From assembly GCA_015655545.1 (NCBI GenBank), contig JAATET010000070.1:11841-75840 (forward strand): 64,000 nucleotides of DNA. The letters run 5' to 3'. Each line of letters starts with the position of its first letter. Position 1 is the stretch's first letter. Origin of the DNA: Chthoniobacterales bacterium (GTDB lineage: Bacteria > Verrucomicrobiota > Verrucomicrobiia > Chthoniobacterales > JAATET01). The translations under genes were made by a program, and so were the position numbers. Below are positions 16,228 through 23,937 of the stretch, piece after piece. The notes under the pieces were generated by a model. It saw only the letters and a list, made by a program, of their open reading frames with translations. It made no database searches and was not told the origin of the DNA.

Positions 16228-16283
16228 CCTCCTAAAAAATCACGCCCCACAATTTACCGGTCATCCCACGGCGCGGTGGAAAC

Positions 16284-16746
16284 CTACGCGAAGGCTTCAT
16301 CCAGTATCCTTTGAACGAAGTGATACACGCCGGGCTCCTTGCTGGCGCGGGAACCGGCCACGTTGAGGGAGCGGATGCCGTGGCGCTCCACGAACTCGGC
16401 GAGGCTCTGCGCCGGGTCGGGGAACGTCGGATTCAGGTGAATCACGGGACGCCCGGCCCTCTGTGCGAACTGCATGGTTTTCAGCGAGCCGCCCGTCAGC
16501 TTTTCAGCGAGCGTGAAAATGACCGTTCCGTCCGAGTCGCGGACGTTCCATTCGGTGCGCTGCTTGTAGCCCCCCGAGGTCGTTTCCGTCAGACGGTAGC
16601 GGTCGGGAAGGCATCCGTCCTCTGCTTTGCGCCCCCTGTGGGCACCAGCCCTGGTGCGGAATTTCGTGCGTGATGGCGAAGTCGAGCGCGGCGCGGTCTG
16701 CCCCTGTCTGCCCACCGGAAACGATGAAGTCTAATTTTTGGGTCAT
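16284..16746 (-). pseudogene. SLOG-superfamily 'putative molybdenum carrier' (PF12694-like) gene with a +1 frameshift
   Basis: Frame A: [38 protein letters not shown]. Frame B: [60 protein letters not shown]. Joined together they match the family consensus (SGGQTGxDRAALD...GWCPKGRxAEDG..YxLxET...[12 protein letters not shown]). The frames switch inside a C5 run at 16632-16636. Confidence 0.75.
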
Positions 16747-16846
16747 CCTCCCAAAAAAACATGGGCAGGAATTTCCCCCTTCTACGTCACGAGAGTTGGC
16801 GCTTCGTGGCTATGTGTTAGCTGCAGTATCCTGTTAGCCTAATTGG

Positions 16847-17320
16847 TCATTTGGAGAAAGGAAACTTGTCACCTTTTATAAAGATATCAGCGGGGTCATC
16901 CGTTGGCTTGAATACAAGAGACCCGCCATCAACAACAAAAACTGCTGGTTTAATATATCCTTTAACCCAAATACCATACCATCTTTCCCCGGTATCCCTG
17001 TATTTTTCGGTAACTACTTCCCATTCTTCTGTCTTTGCATTTCCCCAGCCATCACTGGATGGCATTGCGTCGTATACTTCCATCGTGCCATTATCCTTAA
17101 ATATCCATTTACTCCAGAAATTTCCGGGGACTGTAGATGTCCATGTGCCTATTACATATTTTTTAGCGATCTTCTTTGCGGATTCTATATCCGGCGCATT
17201 ATAGATTGATTGGACAGTGGCGGCATCTGAATGACCGCCAAAAATTTTAGAAACTAAAGATTGGCTGCCGCTGCCGTTGAACCATCCGTATGGCCAGAAA
17301 ACATACCCAAGAAGCGCCAC
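16847..17320 (-). CDS. Hypothetical protein in an AT-rich patch (orphan, possibly 5'-truncated)
   Basis: 157-aa ORF with a GTG start in a stretch of clearly lower GC than the surroundings. The frame stays open upstream (..LISIAIGVALLGYVFW, TM-like) but has no ATG/GTG/TTG start codon there (in-frame stop 17357-17359), so the ORF overlaps the start of the recombinase remnant at 17341. Confidence 0.45.
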   Translation of the reverse strand: MALLGYVFWPYGWFNGSGSQSLVSKIFGGHSDAATVQSIYNAPDIESAKKIAKKYVIGTWTSTVPGNFWSKWIFKDNGTMEVYDAMPSSDGWGNAKTEEWEVVTEKYRDTGERWYGIWVKGYIKPAVFVVDGGSLVFKPTDDPADIFIKGDKFPFSK

Positions 17321-17340
17321 ACCGATGGCAATGCTAATAA

Positions 17341-17857
17341 GCGCCGAAGACCGAACTCAAAAAATTGAGAGGCCAGCGGGATCGCCTTCTCGACGCATAC
17401 CAGGAGGGCGCAATCAGCCTTGATGACCTCAAAGCCCGTCGAGCGAAAATCGAGACACGCATGGGCCAAATCCAAAATTCCCGACCGCCGCTTCCGGTGC
17501 CCGACGACGTGGAGGGAATGGTTCGTCGAATTGTTCTTGGGGTTGCCCTGCTGCCAACAGTCCAAGATAACTTCGAGCGGAAGAAGATCGCCCACTCCCT
17601 TCTTGCCGAGGTTCGGATCGAGAAAAGGGCCATCATCGGATTCCGCCTCCATCCCGATTTCGCGAGCCCGGACAGCGAATACTTCCCCTTGGATGTTCCA
17701 TTTCAAATTGTCCCGGAACCGCCGCCCGAGGGCCACAGGACTTGCTACTCCTGCACTCGAACCTTGCCCCTGGACGCCTTCTGGCCGGAAGTCGCAGTGC
17801 AAAGCGTGTGTCAAAGCCGCTATCACCCGCCGCCGAATGGCTGCGCGGCGGTGCTGA
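17341..17857 (+). pseudogene. Remnant of a mobile-element gene: C-terminal tail of a large serine recombinase (no catalytic domain)
   Basis: The frame opens right after TAA 17338-17340: APKTELKKLRGQRDRLLDAYQEGAISLDDLKARRAKIETRMGQI...KKIAHSLLAEVRIEKRAIIGFRL. This resembles the coiled-coil and terminal beta-strand region of large serine recombinases. There is no upstream resolvase domain. Further downstream a Cys motif (TCYSCTRTLPLDAFW / SQCKACVKAAITRRR) is split between two frames. Confidence 0.45.
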
Positions 17858-17858
17858 T

Positions 17859-18233
17859 TTACGTCCGGACCTCGATGGCCTCGCATACGTCGCGCCAGCC
17901 GGGGAAATTCCAAGCGTTGGGGAATCCTGCGCATTGATGGGGCTTTACCGGCTGGATCGTGCAGTCGATTCCTTCGAGGAACACGCATTCGCCATTCGGC
18001 TTGTCGATGAGAGCGAGCCCGTCACGTTGCGGTCGCAGGCGGGTGTAGCGCTCGATGAAAACCAGTTCGTCCATTCCGAGAAAGTTGGAGATGGCAGTGA
18101 TGTCGGCGTCGTTCAACCGCACGAAACCCGGCCACCGGCAGCAATTTCCGCAGCGCTGGCACTGATACCAGACGGAGGTTGAGGGAGTCTCGGCAGCGGG
18201 CTCCTGGGTTTCGGTCGGATTCATTCTCGGCAT
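17859..18233 (-). CDS. YkgJ-family cysteine-cluster protein (CxxCxxCC, UPF0153), intact copy
   Basis: 124 aa: ..VWYQCQRCGNCCRWPGFVRL..LIDKPNGECVFLEGIDCTIQPVKPHQCAGFPNAWNFPGW. Confidence 0.75.
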   Translation of the reverse strand: MPRMNPTETQEPAAETPSTSVWYQCQRCGNCCRWPGFVRLNDADITAISNFLGMDELVFIERYTRLRPQRDGLALIDKPNGECVFLEGIDCTIQPVKPHQCAGFPNAWNFPGWRDVCEAIEVRT

Positions 18234-18274
18234 CGCGTAGTCAAAAAATTGTTTGCGCGATGCCGTGTCATGGC

Positions 18275-18367
18275 AAGCCGCATCAATGCGCCGGATTTCC
18301 GAATGCGTGGAATTTTCCCGGCTGGCGGAAATCGTGCGAAGCGATTCCGGTTCCGAGTGGGAACTAA
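18275..18367 (+). pseudogene. ykgJ-like gene fragment: C-terminal 30 codons only
   Basis: Encodes KPHQCAGFPNAWNFPGWRKSCEAIPVPSGN*, matching the C-terminus of the intact copy but with many synonymous differences. The residues just upstream (..CAMPCHG) are unrelated to the family. Confidence 0.6.
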
Positions 18368-18368
18368 A

Positions 18369-18442
18369 CAGGATTAACGGGATTTGCAGGATTAACTGGA
18401 TTTCGAAAATTTTTTGAATCCTGCAAATCCCGTTAATCCTGT
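18369..18442. repeat. Perfect 26-bp inverted repeat (GGATT/AATCC-rich palindromic element)
   Basis: ACAGGATTAACGGGATTTGCAGGATT (18369-18394) and its exact reverse complement AATCCTGCAAATCCCGTTAATCCTGT (18417-18442), with a 22-nt A/T-rich loop. A flanking AACTAAAC/GTTTAGTT pair extends the structure. It lies between convergent gene ends. Confidence 0.85.
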
Positions 18443-18458
18443 AAATCTCGTTTAGTTT

Positions 18459-18890
18459 TCACTTCACGAGCTTCACGCCATAGCCGACGAGCACGGCGAA
18501 GGCGATCGCCCATGGAATCGCGCCCAGCGAGATGGCGAGGACAAGACGGCCCTTGTGCGTGCCGAGCGCGATGCCGATCAGCGCGCTGGCCTGCGGCCCG
18601 ATCGTCACCGGAGCGAGCAGACCCAGCGCCGGGAGGCCGAAGCGTTTCCAGGCCCGAAGGACGAGCGAGGGTTTTTCCGGATTCGTCTGGATTTTAAGCC
18701 GCTTCATCAGCTGCGCGCGCAGCGGCTCTCCGATCAGCGCCGCGACCACGCCGCCGGCCGAATAGCCAAGCCACGCGACCAGCGCAGCCAGCCAGAGAGG
18801 CAGCTTTAAAGCCGCCCCGGCGGGGATCGCGGAGATGAAATAGACGAAGCCCAGCCCGAAAACCGACGCGACGCTCGCGAGGAAATGCAT
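18459..18890 (-). CDS. Small polytopic membrane protein (possibly small multidrug-export-like, COG2426)
   Basis: 143 aa with 4 predicted TM helices. The family assignment is only a loose resemblance (FISAIPAG...LGYSAGG). Confidence 0.4.
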   Translation of the reverse strand: MHFLASVASVFGLGFVYFISAIPAGAALKLPLWLAALVAWLGYSAGGVVAALIGEPLRAQLMKRLKIQTNPEKPSLVLRAWKRFGLPALGLLAPVTIGPQASALIGIALGTHKGRLVLAISLGAIPWAIAFAVLVGYGVKLVK

Positions 18891-18903
18891 TCCGACTGGG
18901 TTT

Positions 18904-18948
18904 ACAGGATTCTCCGGATTTGTTTCAGCTTAATCCGGCAAATCCTGT
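18904..18948. repeat. Degenerate copy of the GGATT/AATCC palindromic element
   Basis: ACAGGATT...CCGGATTTG...TAATCCGGCAAATCCTGT, with the same ACAGGATT/AATCCTGT ends as the 18369 and 23195 elements. It lies in the divergent promoter region between 18890 and 18967. Confidence 0.6.
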
Positions 18949-18966
18949 TAATTCTGTCCGGTCCTT

Positions 18967-20079
18967 ATGCATGCGTCCCGCGTTCTTTTCTTCGCCGCAT
19001 TGTTGACGTCTTTGGCTGCGTGCCAAAAACCGAAGCCGCCCGCTTCGCCTTTGTTGCCCGTGCAGGTCGCCACCGCCACCACCGCGGATGTGCCGTTTTA
19101 CGTCGATACGTTTGGCAACTGCGCCACCGTCGCGTCGGTGACGATCGTGCCGCAAGTGACGGGAATTCTTTCGCAGACGCAATTCACCGAGGGCGTATTC
19201 GTCAAAGTGGGGCAGCCGATTTTTCAAATCGACCCGGCTCCTTACGAAGCCGCCGTGAAGCAGGCGCAAGGCGACCTCGAGACCGCGCAGGCCAGTCTCG
19301 TAAACGCCCGGCAAAAGCTCGCCCGACAGCAAAACCTTTATCAAACGAAGGTCAACGACGTGCAGGATCTCCAGGACGCGCAGGCCGCCGAGCAAGTCGC
19401 GCAGGGCAATGTGACCTCTTCGCAAGCCGCACTCGACAACGCGAAGATCAATCTCGGCTATTGCACGATCGCGTCGCCGATCGATGGCAAGACCGGCCCC
19501 TATCTCATCAACACGGGCAACCTCGTCACCGCAAATACCTCGAAGCTCGCGAATATTCAGACGATCAGCCCGATCTACGTGGACTACACGATTTCCGAGG
19601 CCGACCTCGGCAAGCTGCGTCAATGGATCGATGAGGACGGCCTCGACGTGCAGATCACCGTCCCGGGCGACGATAATCCCGTGGAAACCGGGAAGATGCA
19701 TTTCATCGACAATCAAATCGCCAGCGGCACCGGCACGCTGATGATGCGCGCCACGCTGCCGAACAAGGCACAGCGCCTGTGGCCGGGACAGTTCGTCGAT
19801 GTGCGCGTGATTCTCACCGTTTTGAAAAACGCCGTCGTCGCGCCCGTCGAGGCCGTGCTCGTCGGCCAGACGGGCAGTTACGTCTACGTGCTGCAGGCGG
19901 ACAATACCGTGGCCATGCGCATCGTGACGAAGGGACAGCGCGAAGGCGATCGCATGGTGATCACGACCGGGCTGGCCGCGGGCGAAAAAGTCGTTATCTC
20001 CGGACAGATTGCCCTCGCGCCCGGAGAAAAAGTGGCGGTGCAATCCTCGCCCACTCCGGCTCCAGAGGCCGTAAAATGA
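18967..20079 (+). CDS. RND efflux periplasmic adaptor (MFP/HlyD family) lipoprotein
   Basis: Lipobox LTSLAAC, then VSIVPQVTGIL..VKVGQPIFQIDPAPYEAAVKQAQGDLETAQASL (biotinyl-like and coiled-coil hairpin). ATGA overlap with the RND pump gene. Confidence 0.85.
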   Translation: MHASRVLFFAALLTSLAACQKPKPPASPLLPVQVATATTADVPFYVDTFGNCATVASVTIVPQVTGILSQTQFTEGVFVKVGQPIFQIDPAPYEAAVKQAQGDLETAQASLVNARQKLARQQNLYQTKVNDVQDLQDAQAAEQVAQGNVTSSQAALDNAKINLGYCTIASPIDGKTGPYLINTGNLVTANTSKLANIQTISPIYVDYTISEADLGKLRQWIDEDGLDVQITVPGDDNPVETGKMHFIDNQIASGTGTLMMRATLPNKAQRLWPGQFVDVRVILTVLKNAVVAPVEAVLVGQTGSYVYVLQADNTVAMRIVTKGQREGDRMVITTGLAAGEKVVISGQIALAPGEKVAVQSSPTPAPEAVK

Positions 20080-23000
20080 ACCTTTCCGAGCCATTCGTCC
20101 GGCGGCCGGTGATGACGACGCTTGCCGCGTTGTCGGCGCTCGCATTTGGCATCACGGCTTTCCTCACGCTGCCAAACAGCGACCTGCCGAATGCCGCGTA
20201 TCCGGTGATCACCGTCACCACGAATTATCCCGGCGCGAGCCCGGAAATCATGGCGAACAACGTCTCGACGCCGCTCGAGTTGCAGATGATGCAGATACAG
20301 GGCCTCTCGCTGGTGACCTCGCAAAACATGACCGGCGTCTCGACGATCGTGCTGCAGTTCGCGCTCGATAAGACGATGGCGTCCGCCGCGACCGATGTGC
20401 AGGCGGCCATTCAGCGCGCGATGGGCAGCCTGCCGGCCGCCCTGCCGGCTCCGCCCTCCTTTCAGCTCACGAATCCGAACGACAAACCGATTTCCTACAT
20501 CGGCGTCTCCAGCGACACGATGCCGCTCGGCGATCTCTACGACTACGCGAACAACCTCATCGCGCAGCGCATGTCGATGATCGGCGGGGTCTCGCAGGCG
20601 AGCGTTTACGGTTCCCCGCGCGCCGTGCGGATCAAGGCCGACCCCAACGCGCTCGCCGCTCGCGGTGTGACGTTGAACGACCTTTCGACCGCCGTTCAAA
20701 ATGCGACCGTCTTCCAGCCCGCCGGCACGCTGAACGGACCACGGCAATCCTACACCGTCGATCCCAACGGCCAGCTCCTCAAGGCCGACGCTTATCAAGA
20801 CGTGATCCTTCGCTACGAGAAAGGAGCTCCGGTGCGCCTGCGCGATGTCGCCACCGCGACGGAAGGCCAGCAGAGCGAGTATCTCCGTTTGCGCATGTGG
20901 ATCGCCGGCCAGGCCGAGAGGCCGTCCACCAACGTCGTCGCGATCACCGCCGGGCCGGGCAGCAACGCGGTCGATGTCGCGAACGATGTTCGCAAGACGC
21001 TCGACGAGATCCGCCTCTCGCTGCCGAAATCGATCCAGACGAAGATTATCTATGAGCGATCCACGCAGATCCTCGATTCCATCTCCGACGTGAAATTCAC
21101 GATCCTCCTCGCCTTCGCGCTGGTGGTGCTCGTGATCTTTCTTTTCCTCGGCCGTCTGCGCGAGACCGTCATCCCGAGCTTCGCGCTGCCGATGGCGCTG
21201 TTCTTCACTTTCGCCATGATGAGCGTGTGCGGGTTCGGCCTCGATAACCTTTCGCTCATGGCCCTCACCCTCGCGGTCGGCTTCCTGGTCGATGACGCCA
21301 TCGTCGTGCTCGAAAATACCGTGCGCCATTTGGAAATGGGCGAAACACCGCTCATGGCCGCGCTCAACGGCGCAAAGGAAATCAGCTTCACCGTGCTGTC
21401 GATGACGCTTTCGCTTTCCGCGGTCTTCATTCCTCTGGTGTTCATGCCAGGGCTGCTCGGACGCATGTTTCACGAATTCGCGCTCACGATTGTCTTCGCG
21501 ATCCTGATGTCCGGCATCGTCGCGATCACGCTCTCGCCGATGATGTGCGCGCGCCTTCTCAAAAAGCGCGCACCATCGGACAGCAGCCTGCTCGAGCGAA
21601 AAGTGAACGCGCTCTTCGCGTCGCTGCACCGCAGTTACGGCCGCTCGCTTCGATGGATGCTGGGGCGGAAGTGGATCGCTCTCGTGGCGTGGGCGGCCTG
21701 CCTGGCCGGCTCGGTATTGCTCTATCAGGCGATTCCGAAAACTTTTCTGCCGGTCGGCGATAGCGGAACGATGCTCGGGCCCTTCGTCGCGCGCGAGGGA
21801 ACTTCGCCCGCGCAGATGGAAGACTACCAGGCCCGCATCATGAAAATTCTGGAGGCGAGTCCGTATCTGCAAAAGTGCGTCTCGGTCACGAACCTCAGTT
21901 TCCTGCCAAGTTCGATGGGGCTGGCCTGGACGGAATTGAAACCCGAGGGACAACGCCCGCCGATCGAGGAAGTTTACGCCAAGATCAACGGCCAGATTTA
22001 CGGACAGGTCCCCGGCGTGCTTCCGCTCATTCGGCCCGTGCCGACACTGCAAATCTCCGCCGGCGCGACCTCCAATCAACAGGGAGAATTCGCTTACACG
22101 CTCACGAGCACGCAGCCCGATCAGCTTTATGCGGCGACGGGAAACCTTCTCGCGAAGTTGCAGAAGGAGCCGGGCTTTCTCCAGGTCTCGAGCGACATGC
22201 GCCACCAGGTGCCGTTTCTCGATGTCGAAATCTTGCGCGACCAGGCGCACAGCTACGGCGTGGATGCGGCCGCCGTCGAGCAGGCGCTGCTGCTCGGCTA
22301 TTCCGGAAATCGCATTGCACAGATCATGACGCCGCTCAATCAATACAACGTCGTCCTCGAGCTGCAGGATGATGTCCGCCGCTTTCCGCAGAGTCTCGAT
22401 CGGCTGCGCATCCGTTCCGCGTCGGGGGGCATGATTCCGTTGCGCTCGGTGGCGAAGTGGAAGGCATCGACCGGTCCCGAGACGATCAACCACATCAACC
22501 AGATCACCTCCGTGACCATTTTCTTCAATCTCCAGCCGAATTTTCCGGTCGGCACGGCGACCGCTCGACTCGATGCGCTGGCCGCGGAGACGCTGCCGCA
22601 GGGCATTCATGGCAGCCTCGCGGGCGAGGCGCAGCAGTTTCAGCAGACGATTTCCGGCATGGTCGTGTTTCTCTTCATCGCCATCTTCGCGATGTATGTG
22701 ATCCTCGGCATTCTCTACGAGAGCTACATTCATCCGATCACGGTGCTCAGCACCTTGCCGACCGCCGGAGTCGGAGGTCTGCTCGTCCTGTGGATTTTCG
22801 GAATGAGTCTCTCGCTTTACGGATACATCGGCCTTTTCCTGCTCATCGGCATCGTCAAAAAAAACGCCATCATGGTCGTGGACTTCGCCATTCAGCGATT
22901 GCGTGAGGGACGTGAATTGAACGACGCGATCGTGGAGGCGTGCGAGGAGCGGTTGCGGCCGATTTTGATGACGACTTTCGCCGCGGTCTTCGGCGCGATT

Positions 23001-23195
23001 CCGATCGCCGCCGGTTTCGGTGCGGATGGAGCGAGCCGTCAACCGCTCGGACTTTGCATCGTCGGCGGCCTGCTCGTTTCGCAGGTGCTCACGCTCTACG
23101 TGACGCCGGTCTTCTATTTCTACATGGAAAAATTCCAGGAACGGGTGCTGGACCGGATCGCGTTCTTCCAGCGCGGCGATGCGGTGAAGACTTAG
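20076..23195 (+). CDS. RND efflux permease (AcrB/MdtB-like, HAE1 family)
   Basis: MNLSEPFVRRPVMTTLAALSALAFGI..LPNAAYPVITVTTNYPGASPE. About 1039 aa with a 12-TM architecture and motifs such as GFLVDDAIVVLEN and GIVKKNAIMVVDFA. The ORF-track upstream extension was rejected. Confidence 0.9.
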   Translation: MNLSEPFVRRPVMTTLAALSALAFGITAFLTLPNSDLPNAAYPVITVTTNYPGASPEIMANNVSTPLELQMMQIQGLSLVTSQNMTGVSTIVLQFALDKTMASAATDVQAAIQRAMGSLPAALPAPPSFQLTNPNDKPISYIGVSSDTMPLGDLYDYANNLIAQRMSMIGGVSQASVYGSPRAVRIKADPNALAARGVTLNDLSTAVQNATVFQPAGTLNGPRQSYTVDPNGQLLKADAYQDVILRYEKGAPVRLRDVATATEGQQSEYLRLRMWIAGQAERPSTNVVAITAGPGSNAVDVANDVRKTLDEIRLSLPKSIQTKIIYERSTQILDSISDVKFTILLAFALVVLVIFLFLGRLRETVIPSFALPMALFFTFAMMSVCGFGLDNLSLMALTLAVGFLVDDAIVVLENTVRHLEMGETPLMAALNGAKEISFTVLSMTLSLSAVFIPLVFMPGLLGRMFHEFALTIVFAILMSGIVAITLSPMMCARLLKKRAPSDSSLLERKVNALFASLHRSYGRSLRWMLGRKWIALVAWAACLAGSVLLYQAIPKTFLPVGDSGTMLGPFVAREGTSPAQMEDYQARIMKILEASPYLQKCVSVTNLSFLPSSMGLAWTELKPEGQRPPIEEVYAKINGQIYGQVPGVLPLIRPVPTLQISAGATSNQQGEFAYTLTSTQPDQLYAATGNLLAKLQKEPGFLQVSSDMRHQVPFLDVEILRDQAHSYGVDAAAVEQALLLGYSGNRIAQIMTPLNQYNVVLELQDDVRRFPQSLDRLRIRSASGGMIPLRSVAKWKASTGPETINHINQITSVTIFFNLQPNFPVGTATARLDALAAETLPQGIHGSLAGEAQQFQQTISGMVVFLFIAIFAMYVILGILYESYIHPITVLSTLPTAGVGGLLVLWIFGMSLSLYGYIGLFLLIGIVKKNAIMVVDFAIQRLREGRELNDAIVEACEERLRPILMTTFAAVFGAIPIAAGFGADGASRQPLGLCIVGGLLVSQVLTLYVTPVFYFYMEKFQERVLDRIAFFQRGDAVKT

Positions 23196-23255
23196 ACAGG
23201 ATTTCCAGGATTGTTTCCAAAGGATTAAAATCCTCTAAATCCCGTTAATCCTGTC
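23195..23255. repeat. GGATT/AATCC palindromic element (third copy)
   Basis: GACAGGATT...GGATTAAAATCC...CTAAATCCCGTTAATCCTGTC. It shares the 18-mer AAATCCCGTTAATCCTGT with 18425-18442. It touches the last base of the RND stop codon (23193-23195) and overlaps the last codons of the 23245 gene (..DRQD*). Confidence 0.75.
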
Positions 23256-23937
23256 TATCTTTCAAAGCCAGAATGTGGTGGCGTTTGTCGTCGTAGGTGA
23301 GCGCATGAAAAGTTCGAATCTCCTCCACGCGGCGCGCGGCGGTCAGCGACTCGAGGTATTTCGTATAGGACTTTGCCAGCTGAGTCGTCTCCATGTAGCG
23401 GCCTCGCAAGGTCTTGTCCTGATAAGCGTGCGGATTGCGCGATTCGAATAGATGGAAACGAATCCAGCGGCGGTCGAATTTCGTGAGTGGGTTGGGATTG
23501 CGGAAGAAAGCCATGAAGAGCGTGAGCACCAGGTAGGTATCCACGCTGCCCTGCAGCTCCAGATTGCGCGCGTAATCCTCGTCGCGGGTGGGCGCGGTGC
23601 CTTGGTGAAATTGGATCGCCGCATGCAGGGCGTGGTTGATTTCCTCCACGAAAGCGATGAGCTCCCGGATGTTGTGCTCGCTCAAGCCCGCGCGCGGATC
23701 GTGCTTTTCGAGCTGCTCGATCAGCCAATGCGAATAGTAGATGCCGATCCGGAGCTTGCCATCCGCGGCGCGGAGAAAGGTGCGCGCCGTTTCGGCGAGC
23801 TCGGCGGCTTGGGCGCCGGCCAGCGCGGCGAGCTGGCGGCTGCGTCCGGAGTCGACAAGACACTCCTCGAGATTGATCCCGGCACTGGTGTAGGTGCGTT
23901 CGAAAAGATGCTGGATTTCGCTGAAGAGCGTTTTCAT
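23245..23937 (-). CDS. Conserved-looking hypothetical protein (230 aa), no family recognised
   Basis: Clean ORF with normal composition. ATGA overlap with the upstream 227-aa gene. Confidence 0.55.
   Translation of the reverse strand: MKTLFSEIQHLFERTYTSAGINLEECLVDSGRSRQLAALAGAQAAELAETARTFLRAADGKLRIGIYYSHWLIEQLEKHDPRAGLSEHNIRELIAFVEEINHALHAAIQFHQGTAPTRDEDYARNLELQGSVDTYLVLTLFMAFFRNPNPLTKFDRRWIRFHLFESRNPHAYQDKTLRGRYMETTQLAKSYTKYLESLTAARRVEEIRTFHALTYDDKRHHILALKDRQD

Noticed and set aside
3942-18267. Possible terminal inverted repeats of the accessory block (CACGGTAGGATGCAAAACAA at 3942-3961 versus the reverse complement of 18249-18267, CACGGCATCGCGCAAACAA)
   Set aside because: Only about 13 of 20 positions match, with a gap. 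That is too weak to separate from chance without statistics or additional copies.
18369-18948. CRISPR array suggested by the recurring GGATT/AATCC repeats
   Set aside because: These are inverted, not direct, repeats. There is no regular repeat-spacer periodicity, only 2-3 copies, and no cas genes in the window.
19884-23042. 1052-aa minus-strand ORF
   Set aside because: It is antisense to the RND permease gene, which has unmistakable AcrB-family motifs. The translation is Arg/Asp/His-rich with no membrane segments.
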